Source: an uncultured Chloroflexia bacterium
GTDB lineage: Bacteria; Chloroflexota; Chloroflexia; Thermomicrobiales; UBA6265
Direction: 5' to 3'
Length of the DNA stretch: 64,000 bases
Assembly: GCA_963741965.1 (NCBI GenBank)
Contig: CAVUKC010000002.1
Span: forward strand, 2,345,869 to 2,409,868
Shown: positions 55,407-64,000 of the stretch, one piece after another
Position numbering within the stretch: the first letter of the stretch is position 1
Layout: every line of letters begins with the position of its first letter
The notes under the pieces: model-generated
Database searches by the model: none
Told to the model about the DNA's origin: nothing
Seen by the model: the letters and a program-made list of their open reading frames with translations, nothing else
Made by a program: the position numbers and the translations under genes

Positions 55407-57081
55407 GTGAGCCGGTATGGGCGGCTCCTCGCCCGCCTGGCGTTGATCGTCGCGGTCGCGCTGCTCCTCGGCGCGATCGGGCTCCTCACCTTTCGCGCCG
55501 CCTACGCCGACCGGGTCTACCCGGCGGTGGCCGTGGGCGACGTCAATGTCGGCGGGATGACGGTTGAGGAGGCTGGCAGCGACGGTCCGGCAGCGCGCGG
55601 GCGAGCTCGAGCAGGGCACGATCAGCTTCACGTACGACGGCCAGACGTGGACGCCGACGCTCTCGGAGATCGGAGCCGTGGTCGACGTGGACGCCTCGGT
55701 GGAGGCGGCCTACGACCTTGGGCGCGCGGACAACCCGGTGTCACGGCTCGACTTCACCAACCAGCTCCTCCACGGCGACCAGCGGGTGCCGCTGCGCACC
55801 ATCGTCGATCGCAACGTGTTGGCGAGCTGGTTCGCGTCGGTCAACGCCGACATCGATCATCGCGCGGTCGACGCGTCGCTGGTGGTCGATGGGGACGAGG
55901 TGCGCATCGCACCGGACCACACCGGCACCGTGGTTGATGAGGCGGCGGCGACCCAGATCATGCTGGACGCGCTGACCGATCTGGACCCGGTTGCGGTGAA
56001 GCTTCCCACGCGCACCGAATACCCGAAGATCGTTGCCGCGGATCTGGACCAGCCGCGCGCCGAGCTGGTGGCCGCGCTCGACAGCCCGTTGCGAACGGTG
56101 TTCGAGGGGCAGAAGTGGGAAATCCCGGCCGCCGAGCTGGCCCACTATCTCACGGTAGAGACTGTCTACGTGGGCGGCGAGGCCAGCGTGGAACTGGCCT
56201 TCAAGCACAACGAGCTGGCGTCGTACCTGCGAACGACGTTTTCGAGCCGGGTCAATCGGATGCCGGAGGACGCGCGGATCGCATGGAGCGCGAAGGAGGG
56301 AGGACTGATCGCGCTGGAGCCGAGCGTGGACGGCGCGGCGCTGCGGTCGGACGCCTTCGCGGATGCCGTCGTCGAGAGCTTCCTGGGTGACCAGGCGCCG
56401 GTCGACATCCCGGTGGTGGTGACGAAGCCGAAGATCGACTCCAACAACCTCGCCGCGCTGGGGATCGACGGGCGTCTCGCGCGGGGAACGTCCAACTTCG
56501 CGGGTGGAGCGTACAACCGGGACAACAACATCTACGTTGGAACGGAGCTGCTCAACGGCGAGCTGATCGCGCCCGGCGAGGAGTTCTCCTTCAACGGCGC
56601 GGTGGGGGAGATCACCTACGACAAGGGCTATCTCGATGCCGGCGTGATCGAGAACGGGATCATCGGTCGGAACGTCGGCGGCGGCATCTGCCAGGTCTCG
56701 ACGACGGTCTTCCGCGCGGCGTTGTTCTCCGGCATGCCGATCACCGAATGGTGGCCGCACACCCTGCGCCTGCTGGGCTACGAGCGCGACGGCTGGACGG
56801 CGGGGTACGACGCGTCCATCCTCCAGTCGGGCTCCAATCCGGCGAACTGGGGCGATTTTCGCTTCAGGAACGACACGGATGGCTACATGCTCGTGCAGGC
56901 GTGGACCGAATACCCGTACGTGATCGTCGAGATCTACGGCAACGACGACGGCCGCAAGGTTGATGTTGGCGACGCGCAGTTCCGTGCGGATGGCAAGCAG
57001 TACGTCGCCTGGTTCACGCGTGTGGTGACCTACGCGGACGGCACCGTCAATGAGCACGTGTTCGAGAGCGACTACTCGTAG
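55407..57081 (+). pseudogene. VanW-family protein with an N-terminal membrane anchor, interrupted by one frameshift near codon 53
   Basis: Frame A (GTG 55407): MSRYGRLLARLALIVAVALLLGAIGLL...YPAVAVGDVNVGGMTVEE. Frame B (55564 onward): LAATVRQRAGELEQGTISFTYDGQTW... through the VanW core GGGICQVSTTVFRAALFSG. Confidence 0.8.
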
Positions 57082-57233
57082 GCGCGCTCGATCCTGGGGG
57101 TGTCATCGAGGAGCAGGGGCCAGAGGAACTGTCGTAGAGGATGCTGCCGGTCATGCGTTCCTGTCGCCTCGAGTCAGGCCGATGCCGAATCTCGCCGCAG
57201 GTTCCAATCTGGCAGCAAGCGGACAGGGACACA

Positions 57234-57267
57234 ATGACGCCGATGGGAGGAGGCCCATCGGCGTCAT
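57234..57267. other. Perfect 14-bp stem hairpin ATGACGCCGATGGG-AGGAGG-CCCATCGGCGTCAT in a 596-nt intergenic region
   Basis: Seen directly. The loop is a Shine-Dalgarno-like hexamer. There is no adjacent credible ORF. Confidence 0.4.
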
Positions 57268-57613
57268 CGGGGAGTGTGTTCCGGCACGGGGAGGGGCAGC
57301 ACAACCCTCGTTGGTCCCGCCCGGCAGAACAGGGAGTGGGAATGGTTGATTGCGGCAGCGAGACGCAGAACGGAAGAGGCCCGTTGCGTGGGGTCAGGAG
57401 GAGATGCTGCGCTCGCTGCCGCCCTGTTGCGAGAATCCCGATGTGCGCCATCGGATTTCCCGTTGGCACTACCTTAGCGGACGTCCGCGTAGAATGCAAG
57501 TGTTGATTAGTCAATAGCTGACTAGCGGGAACGATGGATGGTGTCCAGGCCGTGAACCGATCCCGTAACAGGGTCGATCCTGTGAACGTGTCAGGTTGCT
57601 GTATGGAGTTGGT

Positions 57614-57653
57614 GCGAGCCCGTCGTGGGGACATGTCCCCACGACGGGCTCGC
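57614..57653 (-). terminator. 40-nt perfect palindrome (20-bp stem) downstream of the alpha/beta hydrolase gene
   Basis: GCGAGCCCGTCGTGGGGACA|TGTCCCCACGACGGGCTCGC, 25 nt after the stop at 57678, with CTCTTTC on the plus side. Confidence 0.6.
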
Positions 57654-57677
57654 CTCTTTCACCGGTCATCACACTGC

Positions 57678-58493
57678 TCAGCTTCCGGCGATGTGCGTCT
57701 CCAGCTCCTCGAGGAAGCGGTCGGGATATTCCAGGAAGCAGGCGTGGTCGCCGGGCAGCTCGAGCAGCTCGGCCCTGGGGGCGGTGGCGACGATATCCTC
57801 GACGATGGTCCTGTCGGTCTCCGCTGAATCCGCTCCCCGGACGGCGAGGATCGGCACCTGGACGGCGCGCAGCTTCTCGATGGAATCGGTGTGCGCCGTG
57901 ATGGTATCGAGCGTGGACAGCACCTGGCGGTTGCGCACCATGAGCGGCCAGCGGGGGTGTGCCGTGAAGTCCGTCTCCGGGGTGCCCAGCCCGGCGCGGA
58001 TGAGAAACGCCTTGAGATCGTCAACGGTGATCGTGCGGGACGCGTACATGTGATCGAACGCCTCCTCCCGCTGGCGGGCATCGAGCGCGTGTCCGGTTGC
58101 CCGCAGGATCCACGACGCAGCCGGCTCGATCAGGGTGAGGGTGCGGACGCGCTCCGGGTGCTCGAGCGCGAAGGCCAGCGAGATGAGCCCGCCGAGAGAC
58201 CAGCCGACGAGATCGAAGCGGTCGAGACCGAGCGTGTCCACGGTCGCCAGCAATGCATCGCGCTCCATGGCGATGCTGTAGTCGGGCGGGATGGGCTGTG
58301 CCGCCTCGACGAGCTCGACGCACCGAACCTGGACGCGGATCACCGTGTGATGCGCGGCGAGGCGTTCAGCGTGCCCCTGCCAGGAGGCCCATCCGGTGAG
58401 GATGCCCGGCATGAGGACGATCGGGTCGCCGGTGCCGGTGACCTCGTGAAGCAGCGGTTGGGTGGTGACGCTAGACGTCCGGGTGACGTTCAT
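57678..58493 (-). CDS. Alpha/beta-fold hydrolase
   Basis: Nucleophile elbow VGWSLGG, and a C-terminal GDHACFLE (catalytic His context). Confidence 0.85.
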   Translation of the reverse strand: MNVTRTSSVTTQPLLHEVTGTGDPIVLMPGILTGWASWQGHAERLAAHHTVIRVQVRCVELVEAAQPIPPDYSIAMERDALLATVDTLGLDRFDLVGWSLGGLISLAFALEHPERVRTLTLIEPAASWILRATGHALDARQREEAFDHMYASRTITVDDLKAFLIRAGLGTPETDFTAHPRWPLMVRNRQVLSTLDTITAHTDSIEKLRAVQVPILAVRGADSAETDRTIVEDIVATAPRAELLELPGDHACFLEYPDRFLEELETHIAGS

Positions 58494-58581
58494 GGGGTGC
58501 CTCCTGTCGTGGTGCGCGCGCGATCGTGCCGATTGACATCACTGTGGCAGGCGCGTCTCGTCACCGCATCGGGTGATCACC

Positions 58582-60141
58582 CTATTTTTCGAACACATGG
58601 ACGTTGATCAGGTCGTGCTCCATCGCGAAAAGCGCGGCGCCCGCGCGCGTAGAGACGCCGATCTTGTCGTAGATGTGCTGGATGTGGTGGTCGGCGGTCT
58701 TCGGCGAGATGGAGAGCGTCGCGCCGATCTCCTTGTTCGACATGCCGCGAGCCGCGAGGCGCAGCACCTCGACCTCCCGGTCGGTGAGGCCGCCCGGCCA
58801 CACGCGATGCAGGGCCGGCGCCTGCTGTCCGACGACGGCGAGCAGCGCCTCCACGACATCCAGGTCGAGACGGTTCGCACGCGCGTCGGCGGCAAGCTCG
58901 ATCGCCGCCTCGTCGGGCGTTCGGGCGGGTCGGTGAGGACGATCGTGGGTGATAGCGTCCCAGGAATCGGCAGCGGCGAGAATGCGTGCGCCGACCGGGA
59001 TCGCGCTGCCGGACGCGCCGCGGTGGTAGCCGGAGCCGTCGAGGCGCTCGTGGTGCATGCCAGCGACTGTTGCGAGGCCGGCAAGGGCAGGTGATCGCAC
59101 CAGGATGCGCTCGGTGTGGTAGGCGTGCAACCGCACCTGCTCCCACTCGTTGCTGGCGAGCGGGCCGGGCTTGTCCCAGATGCCGCTGGGCACGCCGACG
59201 CGGCCGAGATCATGCAGATACCCGGCGAGACAGGTGTGGGCGACCTCGGGCTCGGGGAGCTTCATCTGGCGCGCGGTGGAGTCAGCGAGGGTGGCAACGC
59301 CGGTCGAGTGCCCGTGCAGCCACGGCGATTTCAGGTCGGTGATGTCGGCGAAGGCGCGCGTGATGCCGTCGATGCGGGCCTCGGGAACGCGCCGGTGCGG
59401 CTCCGGCTCGGCCTCCAGCACGGCGAGGAAGGGGTCGGTGGTGTCGATCGCGGCGAGCATGGGTGTTCCGTGTGCCACGAACGCGGCGGCAATGGTGGGG
59501 TCGAGCGCGGTGCCGGCGCGGTGGCGGATTGTCTCGATGGCGTGGTCGGGCTCTCCGGCCTGGGCGAAGACCATCGCCTGCCCGGCAACCTGCGCGAACC
59601 GTGACGCCAGCGCAATCTCCTCGCCTCGCGCGGCGGGTGTGCCTGTACCGTCCCAGCGGGCATAGATCGTGTCGAGGCCTTGCTGCACGCCAGCGGGCAG
59701 GCCCAGGCGATCGGCGGTGCGGACCGCGACCTCGCAGTTGGCGCGGTAGAGCCGCCGGGGGAACGCCGGGCCGGCGCGCATCACGCTGAGCACGGCGCGG
59801 ATGCGCGCCGGCGGCGGCGAGGTGCGGGCGACGCCGGTGAGCATGAAGACGAGCGTGTCGCGGAGGCTGGCGTCGTCTACCCGGGCACCGGCGGCGCGGA
59901 AGCCGATGTCGTCACCACCGGCGATGGCGGCGGTCTCGTGGGCGTAGGCGGTGCAGCCGATGTGCTGAAGCAGCGCGGTGTAGTAGACGTCCGCGACCTC
60001 GTGCTCGGGGAGGCCGAGCTGGCGGGCGAGACCGGTTGCGAGCAGGCAGGTGCGGATCGCGGTCTCAGGGGGCTGGCCCATGCCGAGATCGGTCACCTGG
60101 GAGAGGGCGGCGAGGATCTCGGCGAGTCGCAGGTCGGCCAT
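58582..60141 (-). CDS. Tandem HD-domain protein (degenerate HD plus an HD-GYP-like domain) fused to a LuxR-type HTH
   Basis: Second domain: HGHSTGVA...AGYLHDLGRVGVP...HHERLDGSGYHRG. First domain has LLQHIGC in place of HD. C-terminus: LTDREVEVLRLAARGMSNKEIGATLSISPKTADHHIQHIYDKIGV. Confidence 0.85.
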   Translation of the reverse strand: MADLRLAEILAALSQVTDLGMGQPPETAIRTCLLATGLARQLGLPEHEVADVYYTALLQHIGCTAYAHETAAIAGGDDIGFRAAGARVDDASLRDTLVFMLTGVARTSPPPARIRAVLSVMRAGPAFPRRLYRANCEVAVRTADRLGLPAGVQQGLDTIYARWDGTGTPAARGEEIALASRFAQVAGQAMVFAQAGEPDHAIETIRHRAGTALDPTIAAAFVAHGTPMLAAIDTTDPFLAVLEAEPEPHRRVPEARIDGITRAFADITDLKSPWLHGHSTGVATLADSTARQMKLPEPEVAHTCLAGYLHDLGRVGVPSGIWDKPGPLASNEWEQVRLHAYHTERILVRSPALAGLATVAGMHHERLDGSGYHRGASGSAIPVGARILAAADSWDAITHDRPHRPARTPDEAAIELAADARANRLDLDVVEALLAVVGQQAPALHRVWPGGLTDREVEVLRLAARGMSNKEIGATLSISPKTADHHIQHIYDKIGVSTRAGAALFAMEHDLINVHVFEK

Positions 60142-60297
60142 GGCACAGCCTTTCCACGGATGCCGGAATTGATGCGAGACGAGTAACGGTTGCGCCCATG
60201 GTCACACACCGCTGTGCGTGCTGATGGATCAGCGTAGCTCGCTGATGCCAGGAGGGGAATGGCGCATGCGGTACCAGGGCCGGTGGACGGTACGGCG

Positions 60298-61152
60298 CTA
60301 GCGGACGACGAGCATGGAAACCGTGCTGGTCCGCAGCACGGACGTGGTGGTGCTGCCGACCATCAGCGTGCGGATCCGTGAGTGGCCGTAGGCGCCCATC
60401 ACCAGCAGGTCGATGCCTTCGGACTCGACGGTGGCGGGGATGATGTGGTCGGGATCACCCTGTGCAACGATCTCCGTGACGGTGTACCCGACATCGCGGA
60501 GGCGAGCCGTTGCCGTTTTCAGCCGCTGTCGCTCGGCCTCCGTGCCCTCGCCGACCATGAGCACGTGTCCCTCGGCGTCCGTCAGGATCGGGTTGCGTAC
60601 CAGGGCGTCGATCGCCTTCTCCGCACTGGCTCCGCCGTCGTAGGCGACGAGGAACCGGCGGATTGGCCGGAACTGCTGCGCCGCGATCACGATCGGGCGC
60701 TGGCTCGCGCGGATGATTCGCTCGAGGTTTCGCCCGAGATGCTGTGCGGCCTGGTCTTCTGCCTCGCCGCGGCGGCCGATCACCACGAGGCGGGCATCCG
60801 CCCCGTGGGTGTGGATATGATCGACCAGCTCGCCGTGCGCGAGCCGCTGCAGCACCTGCCTCGCCCCACCTTCGCGCACGCGATTGGCGGCTTCTTCGAG
60901 GAGATGTCGTCCGGCTTCCTGCGAAAGCCGGTTGCGTTGCTCATCCAGCTCGACCAGCTGCCGGAGAAGGGTCTCGCGAGTGTCGACGCCGAGACGACCA
61001 CTGCGGTCCGCGGCAACCGCAGGGTCGGCAGCGTGGCGTTCGAGCACGTGAAGCAGCTCGACGGTCTCGCCCAGGCGTGTAGCGGCCCAGGCGGCGTGGT
61101 CGCAGACGCTTACGGCGTAGCGAGAGCTGTCGATGCATGCGAGTATCGTCAT
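60298..61152 (-). CDS. Tandem universal stress protein (two UspA domains)
   Basis: Two Usp modules. The second ends in the canonical MGAYGHSRIRTLMVGSTTTSVL. Confidence 0.9.
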   Translation of the reverse strand: MTILACIDSSRYAVSVCDHAAWAATRLGETVELLHVLERHAADPAVAADRSGRLGVDTRETLLRQLVELDEQRNRLSQEAGRHLLEEAANRVREGGARQVLQRLAHGELVDHIHTHGADARLVVIGRRGEAEDQAAQHLGRNLERIIRASQRPIVIAAQQFRPIRRFLVAYDGGASAEKAIDALVRNPILTDAEGHVLMVGEGTEAERQRLKTATARLRDVGYTVTEIVAQGDPDHIIPATVESEGIDLLVMGAYGHSRIRTLMVGSTTTSVLRTSTVSMLVVR

Positions 61153-61163
61153 CCTGCTTCTCC

Positions 61164-62655
61164 CTAGTGACCCGGCGCGAGATCGTATGCCTCGACCTTG
61201 TCGTGGATCGCGAGCCTGTCGACGATCGTGGTGCTTGCCTCGTTCATGCCGATGATATCGACATCGGTGGCGTCACGCCGGAACCGCAAGCACGACCTTG
61301 TCCAGCGCGGCCACGGCCGAGAGGTCCCAGAAGTGGGCGTGGCTGACATCGATCACGACCTGCTCCAGCGCCTCGTCGAAATCGAACGCATCGATGAACT
61401 GGTCGGCCGAGGCGTAGAAGACCTGACCGGTGACGGTGTAGGTACGCCTTCGTCCATCGTCGGACATCGACGAGCCGACATCGAAGATCTGGCCGATCTT
61501 CCAGGCGAAGAAGATCCCGCTCAGCAGGACGCCGACCAGCACGCCGATCGCGAGATTATGCGTGGCAACCACCACGGCGACCGTCGAGAGCATCACGACA
61601 CTCGAGGTGCGCGGGTGGGTGCGGAGGTTCCCGAGGGAGGACCAGCTGAAGGTTCCGATCGAGACCATGATCATCACCGCGACCAGCGAAGGCATTGGCA
61701 CCTTTCCGACGGTGTCTCCCAGCCCAACCACGAGCACGAGGAGGAACGCGCCAGCCACGAACGTGGACAACCGCCCGCGTCCGCCAGCCTTCACGTTGAT
61801 GACCGACTGCCCGATCATCGCGCACCCGGCCATGCCGCCGATGAAGCCGGTGACGACATTGGCGATACCCTGTCCGGAGCACTCACGAACCTTGTTGCTG
61901 GAGGTATCGGTGAAGTCGTCGACGATCGAGGCGGTCAGCAGTGATTCCAGCAACCCGACCACGGCCAGCGGCACGGCATAGGGCAGGATGATCCGCAGGG
62001 TTTCGAGGTTGAAGGGAACATCCGGTATCAGGAAGACGGGCAGCGACGAGGGCAGCTCGCCCATGTCCGAGACGGTACGCACGTCGATGCCGAAGGTGAC
62101 GGTGACGATCGTAAGGATGACGATGCTTACCAGCGGCGATGGCACGGCGGTGGTGACGCGCGGCAGCAGGTAGATGATGGCAAGCCCTGCCGCGACGATC
62201 GGGTAGGTCTGCCAGGAGACGCCGCGAAGCTCGGGGAGCTGGGCGAGAAAGATGAGGATCGCGAGCGCGTTCACGAAGCCCGTCATCACCGAGTTGGAGA
62301 CGAACCGCATCACCCGGGCAAACCCGAGATACCCCGCGGCGAGCTGGATCAACCCGGTCAGGATGGTCGCTGCAAAGAGGTATTCGAGCCCATGTTCCTT
62401 CACGAGGTCGACGAGCAGCAGGGCCATCGCGCCGGTCGCGGCGGAGATCATGCCGGGGCGACCACCGGCGAAGGCGATGATGACCGCCATCGAGAACGAG
62501 GCGTACAGCCCGATCTTCGGATCGACGCCGGCGATGATCGAGAAGGCGATCGCCTCCGGGATCAGGGCGAGGGCCACGACCATACCGGCGAGGACGTCAG
62601 CGCGGATATTGCCGAACCACTCGGCCCGCCAGCCACTCCATCTTTCTACATTCAT
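61164..62655 (-). pseudogene. SulP-family anion (sulfate/bicarbonate) permease with a STAS domain, frameshifted in the last ~35 codons
   Basis: Body ORF 61273..62655 ([15 protein letters not shown]...) stops at ...[11 protein letters not shown]. The STAS end [31 protein letters not shown] continues in ORF 61164..61349. Confidence 0.85.
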
Positions 62656-62680
62656 GCTGCTGTGCGCTCCACAACGTTAC

Positions 62681-62712
62681 CCCGGGGCCGGTCGAACTCG
62701 ACCGGCCCCGGG
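62681..62712 (-). terminator. GC-rich hairpin between the glycosyltransferase and SulP genes
   Basis: Perfect 15-bp arms CCCGGGGCCGGTCGA-AC-TCGACCGGCCCCGGG, 114 nt after the glycosyltransferase stop and 26 nt before the SulP start. Confidence 0.55.
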
Positions 62713-62825
62713 ACTGCTCATCCTCAGGTACGTATCTCGCAAGGGATGTCGATCCGGGATGGATCAGACTGGGCAACCATACCAGACTTTGCCTGAATCG
62801 CCTCGCGACGAGGGCATGGTGAAGC

Positions 62826-63845
62826 TCAGGAGCTTCGGAACGAGATGTCCGATTCACCAGCACTTGACGCGAGATTCGCCGAGCTGCGCTCCGGGTCCCC
62901 GTTGCGGGTGCCATCCCACTGGGAGCGCAGCTCGTTGAGCGCCGCGAAGCAGACGGCGTCGAGGTCGGCGCGGCCGGTGGTGGCGTTCTCGTCATGGAGA
63001 TGCCACTTGGCGCCTGTACGGTGGTGGAAGATGACGTTCCCCTGGAAATCCGACTGCTCCAGCGCGGCGGTCATCCGCCGTGGTCCATGTGGGGTGACCT
63101 TGGGAAAGTACAGGCTGTGCGGGCGTCCCTCGGGCATGGCGTACGGCTGTTCAAGCCGGCGCCAGGCGAAGTGGAACGTCTCCTTGTCGCCGTAGACATA
63201 GCGGTAGTAGAGATCGGACCAGGCGTTGTAGTGCACCGCGAGGCTGAGAGGGACCCAGCACCGCTCCTTGTCGATCACCACCTGACCGCTCTCCACCTCG
63301 AGCTCGTCCCGGTAGGGCACGTCGAAAAGGGCCCACACGGGGGATGCCGGCAGGTGGGAGTGATTGTCCGGCCAGAAGATCGCGCCCGACGCCGCGTACT
63401 CCGGTGTCTCAAGCAGGGTGGCGGGGTCGATGAGCGGGACGTTGTCGGCGTCGAGGAGGATCACGTGGCGGAACGGGGACCAGAGTGCGGCGTAGGCCTT
63501 GCACTCCCACGGGCCGAGGCGTCGCATCGGGTGCTGGCGGCGGACCGAGCAGGCGTCAACCAGCTCGACGTCGAACCGCGCGAGCAGGCGACGCATGACC
63601 GGTGACATCTCCGCGCTGCCGAGGTGCCAGATCTGGATCGGCAGGGAGCACTTTAGGACCTTGCGCAGGATGGTGAGCGTGACCCACGCGTTGGTGAGGG
63701 CTGGCTCGCCACCGGCGACCATGACGATGCCCGCGCCGCTCAGGGGCGGCGGGCTTGTCGCCAACGCGTTCCGCGTGGCCTCGTCCTGTCGCTGGTGAAG
63801 CTCGGCAAGCGTGTCGGCGCTCGGCGCGAGCGGTCGGCGATCCAT
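62826..63845 (-). CDS. GT-A fold glycosyltransferase resembling the eukaryote-type GT71 / Mnn1-like alpha-mannosyltransferase family
   Basis: [38 protein letters not shown], DxD-type [17 protein letters not shown]. The assignment is from recalled family motifs only. Confidence 0.55.
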   Translation of the reverse strand: MDRRPLAPSADTLAELHQRQDEATRNALATSPPPLSGAGIVMVAGGEPALTNAWVTLTILRKVLKCSLPIQIWHLGSAEMSPVMRRLLARFDVELVDACSVRRQHPMRRLGPWECKAYAALWSPFRHVILLDADNVPLIDPATLLETPEYAASGAIFWPDNHSHLPASPVWALFDVPYRDELEVESGQVVIDKERCWVPLSLAVHYNAWSDLYYRYVYGDKETFHFAWRRLEQPYAMPEGRPHSLYFPKVTPHGPRRMTAALEQSDFQGNVIFHHRTGAKWHLHDENATTGRADLDAVCFAALNELRSQWDGTRNGDPERSSANLASSAGESDISFRSS

Positions 63846-63877
63846 GGTCTGACGGTCTCCTGGTCCGCGTGTACCGG

Positions 63878-63915
63878 CTCGTGCGAGAGGGCGTCGTCAG
63901 GCCCTCCCGCACGAG
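63878..63915 (-). terminator. Hairpin (15-bp stem, one mismatch) after a minus-strand gene that ends near 63969
   Basis: CTCGTGCGAGAGGGC-gtcgtcag-GCCCTCCCGCACGAG. It lies between the truncated upstream gene and the glycosyltransferase start. Confidence 0.45.
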
Positions 63916-64000
63916 CGATTATCGCAGCGTCGCAGGATCTCGGTCTCGCGCTGGGTAGAGCGACCGGATCAACGCTTCCGGGCGCCGATGGTGATGAGCT

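Noticed and set aside
57082-57677. Housekeeping RNA (tmRNA, RNase P RNA, SRP RNA, 6S RNA) in the long intergenic gap.
   Set aside because: I found none of the conserved cores I know: GAGGAAAGTCCGGGC for RNase P, a tmRNA acceptor end or tag ORF, or the SRP GGAA tetraloop helix.
63969-64000. C-terminal tail of a minus-strand gene (...LITIGARKR*) entering from the right edge.
   Set aside because: Only about 10 codons are visible, too few to support a call or a product.

Overview
High-GC bacterial chromosomal segment (about two-thirds G+C by eye, not computed). I call about 60 protein-coding genes. I could not recognise any rRNA, tRNA, CRISPR array, transposase or integrase. Built-in Tat-type signal peptides, the gene content and dense REP-like intergenic repeats suggest a monoderm Chloroflexota (Thermomicrobia-like) or Actinomycetota genome, but the taxon cannot be established from the sequence alone. 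Content, left to right: partial Zn-alcohol dehydrogenase; an SH3b-tailed polysaccharide deacetylase broken by two frameshifts; a minus-strand operon of two small anchored proteins, ApbE, a bis-heme ferric-reductase-like membrane protein and an OmpR/HisKA two-component system; a sugar-acid-type cluster (SDR, two enolase-superfamily enzymes, TIM-barrel isomerase); a cupin and an FkbM methyltransferase; a heliorhodopsin with all signature residues; formamidase, DegT aminotransferase, P-loop protein, GNAT, FAD oxidoreductase and a CheY-like receiver. Next comes a dynamin-like GTPase followed by two paralogous PD40 beta-propeller proteins, a small acidic/His-rich anchored protein and a triple-SH3b protein. 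Then a CsoR-type repressor with a G/C-tract operator plus a CDF transporter whose His-rich 5' end is cut off by an 11-bp tandem duplication; an MFS transporter; three paralogous secreted proteins of unknown function around an acyl-CoA dehydrogenase; ACR3 plus a decayed metallophosphoesterase; HAD hydrolase; a sugar ABC importer without ATPase; catalase; nucleoside hydrolase; a Tat-signal tyrosinase; nitroreductase; and an ABC-2 transporter. A roughly 1.5-kb low-GC islet encodes a Cys-rich secreted protein and a small membrane protein, next to an ECF sigma / membrane protein / ABC module. The window ends with a frameshifted VanW, an alpha/beta hydrolase, an HD-GYP-LuxR fusion, a tandem Usp, a frameshifted SulP and a GT71-like glycosyltransferase. 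Most worth following up: the heliorhodopsin, the low-GC islet with its neighbouring ECF/ABC module, the dynamin-led envelope operon, the secreted paralog family, the CsoR/CDF locus, and the high density of small-indel gene disruptions, which may be assembly errors. Every call rests on my own reading of the translations and recalled family signatures. No database search was run.
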